The notes: a model not told the origin generated them from the sequence alone. Counted from the first letter of the stretch, positions 37,560 through 46,854 are shown. The stretch: 52,544 nt of DNA from a virus (IMGVR_UViG_3300013188_000002:1-52544); one strand, 5' to 3'. A program made the numbers and translations.

Positions 37560-37980
37560 GAATGGGGGTATATAGATTTCTCTAGAGTAGGCGGCGCCGT
37601 TTTCCGAAGTATCTACTAACAACAGATACTCAGAAGATGAGGTTAATCAAGGGGTTAGATGTCAAGTATCTAAACTATCTAGTGATTGTGGAATGATAAG
37701 ACGCTACGCGCAAATTACAATATTGCAGGATATTTAAGTTTAGGAAAGGGTATATGTAAAAAAACTATATAATTTAGATAGTTTAGATAGTAATACTGTA
37801 CATATGGCTCGGAATATATTGATTTCTATGGCCTTCCTATCAATATGTTGTATAGTTTCGCTATCTAAAACACAGGATATAGTGTAAACTTAAACGTAGA
37901 TACTATAGATAGCTCTGATTCCTGGCTATAGAGTGTGCCGTAACCCCCCGAGCAATGGGTGTATATATATAAAATAACAG
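37560..37980. repeat. AT-rich non-coding region with TATCTA/TAGATA repeats; candidate replication origin
   Basis: TATCTAAACTATCTA (37667-37681) and its exact reverse complement (37775-37789), more copies near 37861 and 37897-37911; no ORF. Confidence 0.55.
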
Positions 37981-37989
37981 AAACTTGAC

Positions 37990-38020
37990 ACAAAAAGAGA
38001 GGGAGCCTTGCGACTCCCCC
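37990..38020 (-). terminator. Intrinsic terminator
   Basis: Minus strand GGGAGTC-GCAA-GGCTCCC followed by TCTCTTTTT. Confidence 0.7.
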
Positions 38021-38074
38021 TTGGTCATTTGCCTATCAGTCTCCCGATACGTTTGGATTGCTTGGGTTTACACC

Positions 38075-38266
38075 TTATGATGATCGGTTTCGACATAGCA
38101 TCATACCTGCGAACCAAGTAACTACCCCGATCAGTGTGATCAGTGCCCAGATTATTAGCTCGATGCCGACAATACTGTTGTCATACTCGATGGTGCCTAC
38201 GCCTGCCATCATAAGAAAGAATCCAGCCATGCTGAATATTACTCCAAATACCTTCATAGTTTTCAC
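38075..38266 (-). CDS. Small two-TM membrane protein
   Basis: Two hydrophobic helices; likely start ATG 38257 after GGAG. Confidence 0.7.
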   Translation of the reverse strand: MKTMKVFGVIFSMAGFFLMMAGVGTIEYDNSIVGIELIIWALITLIGVVTWFAGMMLCRNRSS

Positions 38267-38320
38267 TCCAGTTTGTTGAAAGGTAGCTGGGGCGATTGCC
38301 CGCCCCAGCTGTTAGGTGGC

Positions 38321-38482
38321 TCACTGTTCTGATATGTTTACCAAGTGTTTTGGTATCTTCACATCGTGGACAAGTGTTAGATATAAAGCTCGGGCAGCGC
38401 CCTCGGTTTTATACCAGCGGAAGTAAAGGGTTCCGTACTCAACCCAGTCGACGCGAAAACGTCTTAGCTTTTCTACTTTCAT
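38321..38482 (-). CDS. Small hypothetical protein (53 aa, MKVEKLRRFRVDW...)
   Basis: GGAGG SD (ggaggcaactatg); below ORF-track cutoff. Confidence 0.65.
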   Translation of the reverse strand: MKVEKLRRFRVDWVEYGTLYFRWYKTEGAARALYLTLVHDVKIPKHLVNISEQ

Positions 38483-38529
38483 AGTTGCCTCCGGTAGAAG
38501 GGCTGGGGCTTGCGCCCCAGCCGGTTGAG

Positions 38530-38892
38530 TTACAGAGTAACGATGTTCTCGTTGCCCTTGGCGACAGGTGCGTCAGGGTTGACTAGGTCAAGCCTTGGCT
38601 TGCCCCACTTGCCAGCTTTGAGTACTGGCATGTGGCCCGCCTTCAACGCTTGCTCCATCTGCTTGGCGTTCAGGTTTTCGCCTTCGGCGAGTTCCTGATT
38701 GACGCCCTTGATGTAGAAGCTCCAGCGGTCAATCGACGCCTTGTGCTTTTTAGCGGCCTCGACCACCAGCTTTGCGACCTGAGCCGCTTCGCCTGCGGAA
38801 TACTTTCCGCTGCTAGCCTTAGCAAGGCTGATTACACCTGTTTCTTTGTTCAAACGAACATCGAAACGCCCTTCAAAGATACGTGCGTTCAT
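38530..38892 (-). CDS. Early hypothetical protein, paralog A (first gene of leftward arm)
   Basis: SD AGGAG before ATG 38892; paralog of 37076-37441. Confidence 0.85.
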   Translation of the reverse strand: MNARIFEGRFDVRLNKETGVISLAKASSGKYSAGEAAQVAKLVVEAAKKHKASIDRWSFYIKGVNQELAEGENLNAKQMEQALKAGHMPVLKAGKWGKPRLDLVNPDAPVAKGNENIVTL

Positions 38893-38992
38893 TGCACTTT
38901 CTCCTATACCCACATTGTCAAACAGCGTGGCGGATGTGGGCTTCCCCGCCCGCCGTCGTTGCCGTCATCAGCAACAACTACATACAAGCATA

Positions 38993-39001
38993 ATTATACC
39001 A
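38993..39001 (-). promoter_or_regulatory. Extended -10 sigma70 promoter (TGgTATAAT) for leftward early arm
   Basis: + strand ATTATACCA; about 100 nt upstream of the first leftward gene. Confidence 0.55.
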
Positions 39002-39191
39002 AGATGTAAAGTTACAGCATTTTGCCTAGGTTTTCTGCGCTGTCTAGCGCGTCGCTTTTCGCGTCGCATCATGCACGCGCACGCGCAAGGGAGGGGGGCA
39101 CATGGATTATTTTTTGCAACCCCCCGCCTATATAAGTAAACCTCACATAACAAGACCCTAAAAAATGAAGATGTAAAGTTTTGAAAGTTTC

Positions 39192-39221
39192 TTGACAGTC
39201 CCGTAACTTACACCGTAGAGT
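39192..39221 (+). promoter_or_regulatory. Sigma70-like promoter TTGACA-N18-TAGAGT for rightward arm
   Basis: Consensus -35; -10 ends 7 nt before ATG 39228. Confidence 0.55.
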
Positions 39222-39227
39222 CTGGGT

Positions 39228-39734
39228 ATGGATACGTTACCGTTGAAACATACTAAGTGGTCTGACCGTCTTGCCTTTGACATGGCTTTGATGCTGGAAG
39301 GTAGCGGTGAGACTTTGGATGAAGTTAAAGATCGCCACAACATTACGGCGGAACAGTTGCTTGTGTTTAACAAGGACACTGTGTTTCTGAAGAAAGTCGA
39401 GTCCTATCGCGACGAAGTCCGCGAAAAGGGTATGACGTTCAAGCTTAAAGCCAGGGCACAGGCGGAAGAACTCCTGACAACAAGTTGGACGCTGATACAC
39501 AGCCCAGAGGTGTCCGCAGCTGTAAAAGCAGATCTTATTAAGTCTACAGTCAAGTGGGGCGGGCTAGAACCTAAGAACGAAGTAAATGCGGAGGGAGCAG
39601 GTGGCGGAGTTAAAATTACAATTAACCTCGGGGGTCAAGACCTCGCAGCGACTGTCGTTGATCACGAACCTATTGACGAAGTTTACTCAGAAGGACAAGG
39701 GTCAGAAGATGGCCACCTTCTCGACGCTGGATGA
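39228..39734 (+). CDS. Putative terminase small subunit
   Basis: Helical HTH-like N-terminus, GG..ITINLG tail, upstream of TerL. Confidence 0.6.
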   Translation: MDTLPLKHTKWSDRLAFDMALMLEGSGETLDEVKDRHNITAEQLLVFNKDTVFLKKVESYRDEVREKGMTFKLKARAQAEELLTTSWTLIHSPEVSAAVKADLIKSTVKWGGLEPKNEVNAEGAGGGVKITINLGGQDLAATVVDHEPIDEVYSEGQGSEDGHLLDAG

Positions 39735-39996
39735 ATGCGAGCGGTGTGCGGCAGTATTGTCGCAGCTGAACGTACGATACAAGCAGAAGATTCGGAGGAA
39801 AAAGAGTATCGAAGAACCTTACGCAATAGTACTCCTCGACGATCCGTCTCTTCTGCTTGCCCAGACCGAAGTGTCTGAGCAGTGTCCACATTGCGGAGAA
39901 CACACTACAGATTATAAGTGGTGTAAGTATTGTGGGGACATAACACATTTGGATGAGTATGAAGATGCAGCAAAGAAACAGGGTTGGCCAGGTTAA
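39709..39996 (+). CDS. Small Zn-ribbon protein
   Basis: CPHC...CKYC; likely start ATG 39709. Confidence 0.6.
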   Translation: MATFSTLDECERCAAVLSQLNVRYKQKIRRKKSIEEPYAIVLLDDPSLLLAQTEVSEQCPHCGEHTTDYKWCKYCGDITHLDEYEDAAKKQGWPG

Positions 39997-40009
39997 GAAC
40001 GCAGCCAAC

Positions 40010-40159
40010 ATGACAGTAGAAGAATTTGCGTTAGAGCTTCAGCGTATAAAGCATAAGGCGTTGTTTATTGATACATCACCTACAGGCAGGGAAGCTGCTA
40101 AACGTACGCGTAGCTATATGAACCAAAAGCGAGGGCAAGCTATTGGCTCTAGATATTAA
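40010..40159 (+). CDS. Small hypothetical protein
   Basis: Fills gap before TerL; start uncertain (39965 or 40010). Confidence 0.45.
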   Translation: MTVEEFALELQRIKHKALFIDTSPTGREAAKRTRSYMNQKRGQAIGSRY

Positions 40160-41528
40160 CTTTACACCATCGCGGACTGCTGCGAACTTTATGAGTTCGG
40201 ATGCAAAGATGCGTGTGCTTATGGGGCCAGTCGGGTCAGGTAAGTCTGTGGCGAGCTGTTTTGAAATTGTCCGCAGGGCATCACAGCAAGCTCCAGGTCA
40301 GGACGGGGTGAGACGCTCCCGTGCCGCTGTTGTTCGTGAAACCGTTCGTCAGCTGACTGATACGACCATTAAGACGTTTCTCGACTGGTTCCCGCCAGGC
40401 CCGTGCGGTAATTTTATGCGCACGACCAAAACATATTTCTTTAAGGTAGGCGATGTAGAGTGTGAGATTATGTTCCGCGCACTTGACGACGCTGACGATG
40501 TGGCAAACTTGAACTCTCTTGAACTTACGTTTGCATGGTTCAACGAATGTAGGGACATCAACTCCGAGATTGTGGACGCGATGTCTAAACGTATTGGCCG
40601 TTTTCCTTCTGCGAAAGACGGCGGGCCATCATGGTTCGGTATGTGGGGCGACACCAACCCGCCGACTATGGATACTTGGTGGTACTACCAGATGGAGAAG
40701 CTAGATCCTCAAGACGGAGTCAGCCACAACGATAATGGTTGGGATGTGTTCAAGCAGCCATCCGGACGTAGTGTTAACGCAGAAAATGTGGAGAACTTAC
40801 CCGATGGATATTATGACACCCAAGGGCGCAGTGAAGAATATATCAGGGTCTTTATTGACGGAGAGTACGGACTCAGCTCAGCAGGACAACCCGTCTACAA
40901 GTATTTCAGACCGGACTATCACATGGCTGACGAGACTCTCAGTCCTATTCTCAATGGCGTGCGTCCTGTCGTTGTTGGTATGGATTTGGGGTTGACACCG
41001 GCAGCAGTTATAGGGCAACAAGACCCTCGCGGACGAGTGCTAGTGCTCGATGAGGCAGTGTCTTTTGATATGGGCATTCAGCGTTTCGTCCGCACCATAC
41101 TTAAACCAATGATCTATGAGCGGTTCAGCGGGGCACCAATACTAGTTATTACTGACCCCGCTGGTATTCAGCGTGCGCAAACTGACGAACGCTCGGCAGT
41201 TGACATCATCAAAGCTGAAGGATTTCGTGTTCTGCCAGCTAAGACAAACAATGTGTCAGCACGTTTGTCTGCGGTGGACGACTTCCTTATGAGGCATGTC
41301 GATGGTGACAGCGCATTCCTGTTAGATCCTAAATGTTCTCACCTCAAAGCTGCTATGATGGGTGGGTACAGGTTCCACCACAAAAACGGCACGATTGATA
41401 AAAACAACCACTCGCACATAGCTGAAGCTTTACAATACTTCATGCTGCATGTAGCTACAGCTGGCGAGGGCGTGATCATACCTCAACGACGAGATGTTAA
41501 AAGGGTTGCAGCAGCAGGCTGGACTTGA
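40143..41528 (+). CDS. terL: Terminase large subunit
   Basis: GPVGSGKS Walker A, WFNE Walker B variant, DTNPP coupling motif, GMDLG and SHIAEALQY nuclease motifs; TTG start. Confidence 0.93.
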   Translation: MALDINFTPSRTAANFMSSDAKMRVLMGPVGSGKSVASCFEIVRRASQQAPGQDGVRRSRAAVVRETVRQLTDTTIKTFLDWFPPGPCGNFMRTTKTYFFKVGDVECEIMFRALDDADDVANLNSLELTFAWFNECRDINSEIVDAMSKRIGRFPSAKDGGPSWFGMWGDTNPPTMDTWWYYQMEKLDPQDGVSHNDNGWDVFKQPSGRSVNAENVENLPDGYYDTQGRSEEYIRVFIDGEYGLSSAGQPVYKYFRPDYHMADETLSPILNGVRPVVVGMDLGLTPAAVIGQQDPRGRVLVLDEAVSFDMGIQRFVRTILKPMIYERFSGAPILVITDPAGIQRAQTDERSAVDIIKAEGFRVLPAKTNNVSARLSAVDDFLMRHVDGDSAFLLDPKCSHLKAAMMGGYRFHHKNGTIDKNNHSHIAEALQYFMLHVATAGEGVIIPQRRDVKRVAAAGWT

Positions 41529-41589
41529 TATTGTTCAAATGTCATCTCGTGACACCTTCATAGTTACCAACCTTAAACCTTCCACGGAT

Positions 41590-41613
41590 TGCCCCCGTGG
41601 GGGGTTTTTTCTT
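41590..41613 (+). terminator. Intrinsic terminator after terL
   Basis: GCCCCC-GTG-GGGGGT followed by a T-run. Confidence 0.65.
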
Positions 41614-41677
41614 GACTTGTACAGGAACTTGTTGTCATGTATAAATAAAAGTGTACACTTACTGCAGGAGTGTGAAT

Positions 41678-42046
41678 ATGCACAAAAACGGAATGCCTTG
41701 CGGCTGTAGCAAACCTTACGTTGTCTATTCGGATAATTCGAAGATGGACACTAGCGGCATGGCTGAACGTAAAGTACAGAGCTATAGAAATGGTGGAGCT
41801 ATCCTTCCTGCAGCGCGTATTGATGGTGATGTGTTTGTTAGGGCTGCGCAAGCAGTAGGACTACCTACTACTAATGCGTCTCTTAATCGTATTGTAAATT
41901 TAGTAAATCAAGGCATGACCCCCAACCAAGCTGCAAAGAAACTGGCCGAAGTCCGTAGCTACAAATCAGGTGGTTATGTTTACACCGACGCAAATGATCC
42001 TGATACAATGACCGAAGATAAGGATCGTGAAAAGGAGATGTACTGA
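41678..42046 (+). CDS. Hypothetical protein with two SYxxGG motifs
   Basis: SD AGGAG before ATG 41678. Confidence 0.7.
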   Translation: MHKNGMPCGCSKPYVVYSDNSKMDTSGMAERKVQSYRNGGAILPAARIDGDVFVRAAQAVGLPTTNASLNRIVNLVNQGMTPNQAAKKLAEVRSYKSGGYVYTDANDPDTMTEDKDREKEMY

Positions 42047-42615
42047 TGGCTAGAATAATCGACACCCGTGGCTCTGATGGTAGAGGTATTAGGTACACGG
42101 CTTACGATACAAAGCTTGTTGATTACGCTAAAGCACCAGCTACCGGTATTGATCCAGATAAACGATTTAAGGTTGGCAAGCCTAAAACTTTAGACCGGCC
42201 AGGAAACGTAGAGTATTTCGGTTCTGAGTTTAGGAAAGAGGCTGAAGACCTTGCAAATGCTCGTGAAGCTGCATATCGACGCCGTCAGACAAACGAATAT
42301 ATTAGAACGGGCGCAGCTGCACCTGGCGATGTGGTTAGTCAAGCTACGTCAAATGTTAAGATCGGGCAGCTTCGTACAGAAGGGTTTACTGCTGCGGATC
42401 GTGCGCAGAAACAAGCTGGACGCCAACAAAAGATTGAGCAAAATCGTGCAGATCTTGTTGCAAAAGGGCAACAGCAGCTGACTAATTTTGCTACTGGCCT
42501 TACTTCAGGCAATCTTAGAAAAGCTAGAAAAGCTTTTCGTAACCTAAAGGGTACTGCTGCGGAGGGCTTGACTACTTTTCGTAACACAAAAGACGATGAC
42601 GGGGGTATTGCCTAG
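42046..42615 (+). CDS. Hypothetical basic protein
   Basis: Coupled ORF, SD AGGAG. Confidence 0.7.
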   Translation: MARIIDTRGSDGRGIRYTAYDTKLVDYAKAPATGIDPDKRFKVGKPKTLDRPGNVEYFGSEFRKEAEDLANAREAAYRRRQTNEYIRTGAAAPGDVVSQATSNVKIGQLRTEGFTAADRAQKQAGRQQKIEQNRADLVAKGQQQLTNFATGLTSGNLRKARKAFRNLKGTAAEGLTTFRNTKDDDGGIA

Positions 42616-44666
42616 TGCTTAATGTCGTAAGTAATTCAGAACTCCGTAAGCGCGAAAAAGAACTTGTAGACAAAGAACTCGCTGCTCGTCAGAACAACGC
42701 TGTTGTTTTGGGGCTAGCTTCGCATCTTCGTGAGTGCTGGGACGCTGCGCGTCAAGCCAAAAAACCTATTGAAAACATTATGCTACGTGGACTACGTCAG
42801 CGTAACGGTGAATACGAAGCTGACAAGCTATCTCAGATACACGAGCAAGGTGGCTCAGACATCTATATGATGATTACTGAGGTTAAGTGCCGTGCAGCCG
42901 AAAGTTGGCTGCGCGACATTTTGTTAGACACAGGTACTCCACCTTGGGATCTAAAACCAACACCTATTCCAGATCTATCACCTGAGCAAACAACTGAGCT
43001 ACAAGCTGCGTTTGCTGCGGTTGTTACTCGTATAGTTGAAAATGAAAAGCGTGCGCCAAACGCCAATGAAATGGTCGAGCTAAAAGAAATGGTAGGTCAA
43101 GACTACCGCTTTAAGCTGCTAGAAGCTGCAGACAACCGCTCACAGAAGATGCGTATAAAAATTGCTGACCAGTTTGCACAAGGCGGCTGGGGTGATTCTT
43201 TTAATGAATTTATTACTGACCTAGTTACATACCCATGTGCTTTTATCAAAGGGCCTGTTGTCCGTAGACAACGTAAACTTGGTTGGTCACAAGGGCCAGA
43301 TGGTAAAACTATTGTAGAAGCTACAGAGGTTATCGCACCTGAGTTTGAGCGTGTTGATCCTTTCCGTATTTATCCTGAGCCAGGAATTTCAAATGTTAAC
43401 GAAGGTTACATCTTTGAGCATCATCCCCTAAGTCGTACCGAGCTGGCTGACCTTGTTGGTGTGCCAGGGTACGACGACGATGCTATCCGCAAAGTACTGG
43501 ACATCGGTAACGGCTCGTCATGGATTAACGAAGATGTTGAGCTTGTTAAAGACGAAGAAGAACGTAAGTTCCATTCGTTTAACCGTCCTACTGAAACCTT
43601 TGATGCTCTAGAGTTTTGGGGCAAAGTAACTGGTAAAATGCTTATCGAGTGGGGACTTGATGAAGAAGAAATTGATGATGAGCATCGAGAGTACGATGCC
43701 AATGTTTGGATTGTAGGTAATTACGTTATTAAGGCTATTCTTAACTACGATCCGTTAGGAGAGAAGCCATATGCTAAAACGTCTTTCATCAAGCGCCCTG
43801 GGGCGTTTTGGGGTAGCGGTATCCCAGAAATTATCGAAGATATACAAAGCGTGTGTAACGCTGCTGCTAGAGCTTTGGTTAACAACATGGGCATTTCTAG
43901 CGGGCCTCAGGTCGAAGTTAACCTTGAGCGTATCCCGCCAAATGAAGATATTACGCAGCTCCACCCGTGGAAAATCTGGCAAGTAACTAATGACCCTCTT
44001 GGGTCTAGCGCACCTGCAGTGCGGTTTACACAGCCAGATGACAACGCAAACACGTTGCTGGGTGTCTATGACAAGTTCAGTAAACTAGCCGACGATCACT
44101 CAGGAATACCTTCCTACGTGTATGGCGACCTTAACGTCCAAGGGGCGGGGCGCACATCATCAGGCTTGTCCATGCTTATGGGTGCAGCTGGTAAGGGTAT
44201 TCGACAGGTGGTTATGCACATCGACACAGATGTGATTAAGCCAGTTGTACACCGTCAGTTCGTATACAACATGCGATATGACGAAGACGAAACTATTAAA
44301 GGCGATGTTGAGATCTTGCCAAAAGGCTCGATTAACCTTGCAGTTAAAGAGACTGTTAACATCCGCCGTCTTGAGTTTCTTAACGCAACCGCCAATCAGA
44401 TCGACATGGAGATCGTTGGTAAAGAAGGCCGTGCAGCGATTCTTCGCGAAGTGGCTAAAGGGTTGCAGATGCCTGTGGACGACATCATCCCATCTAGGGA
44501 GAAGGAAGGCTACATGAATCGAATGGCAGCTACAATGCAGCTTGAAGCTAAACAAGCAGAACAAGCAGCAGGAGGTAAGCCAGCCGAGATGCAGCCTGAC
44601 GGTACCCCCAAAGGTGGGCAAGATGCGAACACAGTTAGTAACCGCGACACAGGAGGAGCAGGATGA
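42615..44666 (+). CDS. Portal protein
   Basis: 683 aa; RVDPF.IYP.P, PG.FWG.GI, RTSSGLSML motifs; between TerL and scaffold. Confidence 0.85.
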   Translation: MLNVVSNSELRKREKELVDKELAARQNNAVVLGLASHLRECWDAARQAKKPIENIMLRGLRQRNGEYEADKLSQIHEQGGSDIYMMITEVKCRAAESWLRDILLDTGTPPWDLKPTPIPDLSPEQTTELQAAFAAVVTRIVENEKRAPNANEMVELKEMVGQDYRFKLLEAADNRSQKMRIKIADQFAQGGWGDSFNEFITDLVTYPCAFIKGPVVRRQRKLGWSQGPDGKTIVEATEVIAPEFERVDPFRIYPEPGISNVNEGYIFEHHPLSRTELADLVGVPGYDDDAIRKVLDIGNGSSWINEDVELVKDEEERKFHSFNRPTETFDALEFWGKVTGKMLIEWGLDEEEIDDEHREYDANVWIVGNYVIKAILNYDPLGEKPYAKTSFIKRPGAFWGSGIPEIIEDIQSVCNAAARALVNNMGISSGPQVEVNLERIPPNEDITQLHPWKIWQVTNDPLGSSAPAVRFTQPDDNANTLLGVYDKFSKLADDHSGIPSYVYGDLNVQGAGRTSSGLSMLMGAAGKGIRQVVMHIDTDVIKPVVHRQFVYNMRYDEDETIKGDVEILPKGSINLAVKETVNIRRLEFLNATANQIDMEIVGKEGRAAILREVAKGLQMPVDDIIPSREKEGYMNRMAATMQLEAKQAEQAAGGKPAEMQPDGTPKGGQDANTVSNRDTGGAG

Positions 44667-44881
44667 TCCGGCCCTCTCCTGAAGTTACTAAGGCACTAGC
44701 CGCAAGTGTGCGCCAATATCCCGAGATAGCTAAATGGCTACAGGAATGGCGTATGCACGAGTTAGAGCAGCTACCCAGCGTCGCACAGAATACGACACTT
44801 GCACAGGGGCGGTGTCAAGTTCTGTCAGAGCTTTCTAAGCTCGTGAGCGAGTCCCCTGAGATAGCGGCAAAGTCATCATGA
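44663..44881 (+). CDS. Small conserved protein downstream of portal
   Basis: AQGRCQVL motif typical of post-portal genes. Confidence 0.7.
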   Translation: MIRPSPEVTKALAASVRQYPEIAKWLQEWRMHELEQLPSVAQNTTLAQGRCQVLSELSKLVSESPEIAAKSS

Positions 44882-44918
44882 CAGCTGTTAATTGCGCACA
44901 CCGATAGGAGCGTTCAAC

Positions 44919-45929
44919 ATGGCAATACCAAAGCAAGTTCAGATGCAATCTGAGGCAGTACAAGAACTCTATAAAGAACTCAATGGTGAGGTTGAGGCAC
45001 AGGGCAATGCGCCCGAGGCTGAAGCTAATACTAATGAAGCACCTGTAGAGGAGGCTGTAGCCGACAGTGCAGAAGAGCAAGCACCTCAGTCTGGAACCGA
45101 GGAGCAAGGACAACCAGACACCGAAACTAAAGATACTTGGGAACAAAAGTACAAAACACTGCAAGGTATGTACAACGCAGAGGTTCCCCGCATGAAAGCG
45201 GAGAATCGTGAGTTGACATCCCGTGTTTCTCAAATGGAGCAACTGCTTAGCACACTGAATAGTCAGCCTGCTGCACAACCTGTATCTAGCGATCCATTGA
45301 TTACAGATAAGGATGTTCAGGAGTACGGCGATTCTATTGATGTTATGCGGCGTGCAGCACGAGAAGAAGTGGCGCAAGCCAATGCTCGGGTCGCACAGCT
45401 AGAGCAACAAGTAATGCAGATGCAGACCAGCGTGGTACCGCAGATGAATCAGATCTCGCACGCACAGGCTCAGTCAGCAACGCAGCAGTTTTGGGCAGAC
45501 CTTTCCAATAAAATACCCGAGTGGAATGACATCAATAATGATCAAAACTTTCAGTCTTGGTTGTTAGAGATTGACCCGCTTACAGGTATTTCTCGTCAGA
45601 CATATCTAGAAGACGCACAGTCTAACCTAGATTCTAACCGTGTGGCGCAGTTCTTTAAGTCTTGGCAAGAGGCAAACGGTACACCAAGTGTTGCTCAAAC
45701 CAATCGGAAGGTTCCTTCTGATCAGTTGGAGAAGCAGGTATCGCCAGGGCGAGGTCGCTCAGGCACCAATACTATGCCATCCGAAGGCCAGACATACTCA
45801 CCCGCCGACATCGAGCAGTTCTTTGATGCTGTCCGTAAGGGTAAGTACAAAGGTCGTGAAGAGGAACGTGGCCGAATAGAGCGTGACATTTTCGCTGCAC
45901 AGCGAGAAGGTCGCATAGTCACTGCATAA
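44919..45929 (+). CDS. Capsid scaffolding protein
   Basis: Acidic N-terminus, WEQKYKTLQGMY, coiled coil, AQREGRI end; upstream of MCP; SD AGGAG. Confidence 0.78.
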   Translation: MAIPKQVQMQSEAVQELYKELNGEVEAQGNAPEAEANTNEAPVEEAVADSAEEQAPQSGTEEQGQPDTETKDTWEQKYKTLQGMYNAEVPRMKAENRELTSRVSQMEQLLSTLNSQPAAQPVSSDPLITDKDVQEYGDSIDVMRRAAREEVAQANARVAQLEQQVMQMQTSVVPQMNQISHAQAQSATQQFWADLSNKIPEWNDINNDQNFQSWLLEIDPLTGISRQTYLEDAQSNLDSNRVAQFFKSWQEANGTPSVAQTNRKVPSDQLEKQVSPGRGRSGTNTMPSEGQTYSPADIEQFFDAVRKGKYKGREEERGRIERDIFAAQREGRIVTA

Positions 45930-45945
45930 TTAAAAGGAGGCTAAC

Positions 45946-46854
45946 ATGGCTTTTGCAGTATCATCAGGTCGTCCGGACTACACGGGCAACTTTATTCCTG
46001 AGATCTGGTCAGGCAAGCTCATCGAGAATTTCTACGATGCGACTGTCCTGTCTGCGATCTCTAACACTGACTACGAAGGTGAAATTCGTAACATGGGTGA
46101 CACGGTTAACATCCGTACCACTCCGGAGATCACCATTCAAACCTACGTTAAGGGCCAGACTCTTTCAGTCGAAAACCCTGACAAGGCTAAACTGCAGCTC
46201 GTAATCGACAAAGGCGAGTACTTCGCTTGCGTTGAAGACGATGTTGATCAGGTTCAGTCTGACATCGCATTGATGGATATGTGGTCTAAAGACGCTTCTG
46301 AGCGTATGAAGATCAAAATCGACGAGCGTGTCTTGACTGATCTACTACCAGATGTATCCGCAAATAACAAAGGCACAACAGCTGGCGCTATTTCTGGAAA
46401 CATTGATTTGGGTGTAGCAGGTACCCCTGAAGCTCTTACAAAGACTAACGTCATTGATAAGATCGTGGATATGGGTACTGTTCTTGACGAAGCTAACTGT
46501 CCAGAAGGGGATCGCTTCCTTGTGATTCCTGCGAAGATGGCTGGCCTTATCAAGCAGTCTGACCTGAAAGACGCGTCTATTACTGGTGACAACCAGTCGC
46601 CACTGCGTAATGGCCGTTTGGGTATGATCGACAGATTTACCGTTTACGTTTCTCACAACCTAAAGAAAACTGCAGGCGGTGAGTTCAGCGTAATTGGTGG
46701 TCACAAGATGGGTTTTACATTTGCATCTCAGATGACAAACATGGAAACCATCCGGTCTGAAACAACTTTTGGCAACATCATTCGTGGCCTTCAAGTTTAC
46801 GGCTATAAAGTCGTTAAGCCTGAAGCTCTTGCTACGATGATTGTTACTGTATAA
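45946..46854 (+). CDS. Major capsid protein (HK97 fold, P22-coat-like)
   Basis: FIPEIWS, N.DYEGEI..GDTV.I, G..VYG.KV..PEAL; strong SD AAGGAGG. Confidence 0.92.
   Translation: MAFAVSSGRPDYTGNFIPEIWSGKLIENFYDATVLSAISNTDYEGEIRNMGDTVNIRTTPEITIQTYVKGQTLSVENPDKAKLQLVIDKGEYFACVEDDVDQVQSDIALMDMWSKDASERMKIKIDERVLTDLLPDVSANNKGTTAGAISGNIDLGVAGTPEALTKTNVIDKIVDMGTVLDEANCPEGDRFLVIPAKMAGLIKQSDLKDASITGDNQSPLRNGRLGMIDRFTVYVSHNLKKTAGGEFSVIGGHKMGFTFASQMTNMETIRSETTFGNIIRGLQVYGYKVVKPEALATMIVTV

Noticed and set aside
37450-38070. tRNA or CRISPR array in the non-coding region
   Set aside because: No cloverleaf or T-loop motif and no regularly spaced repeats seen
38632-39153. Track ORFs across the divergent control region
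   Set aside because: Antisense to a real gene or overlapping promoter elements; no SD and atypical composition
41612-41646. Promoter TTGACT...TATAAA before the 41678 gene
   Set aside because: The -35/-10 spacing is about 22 nt, too long to call
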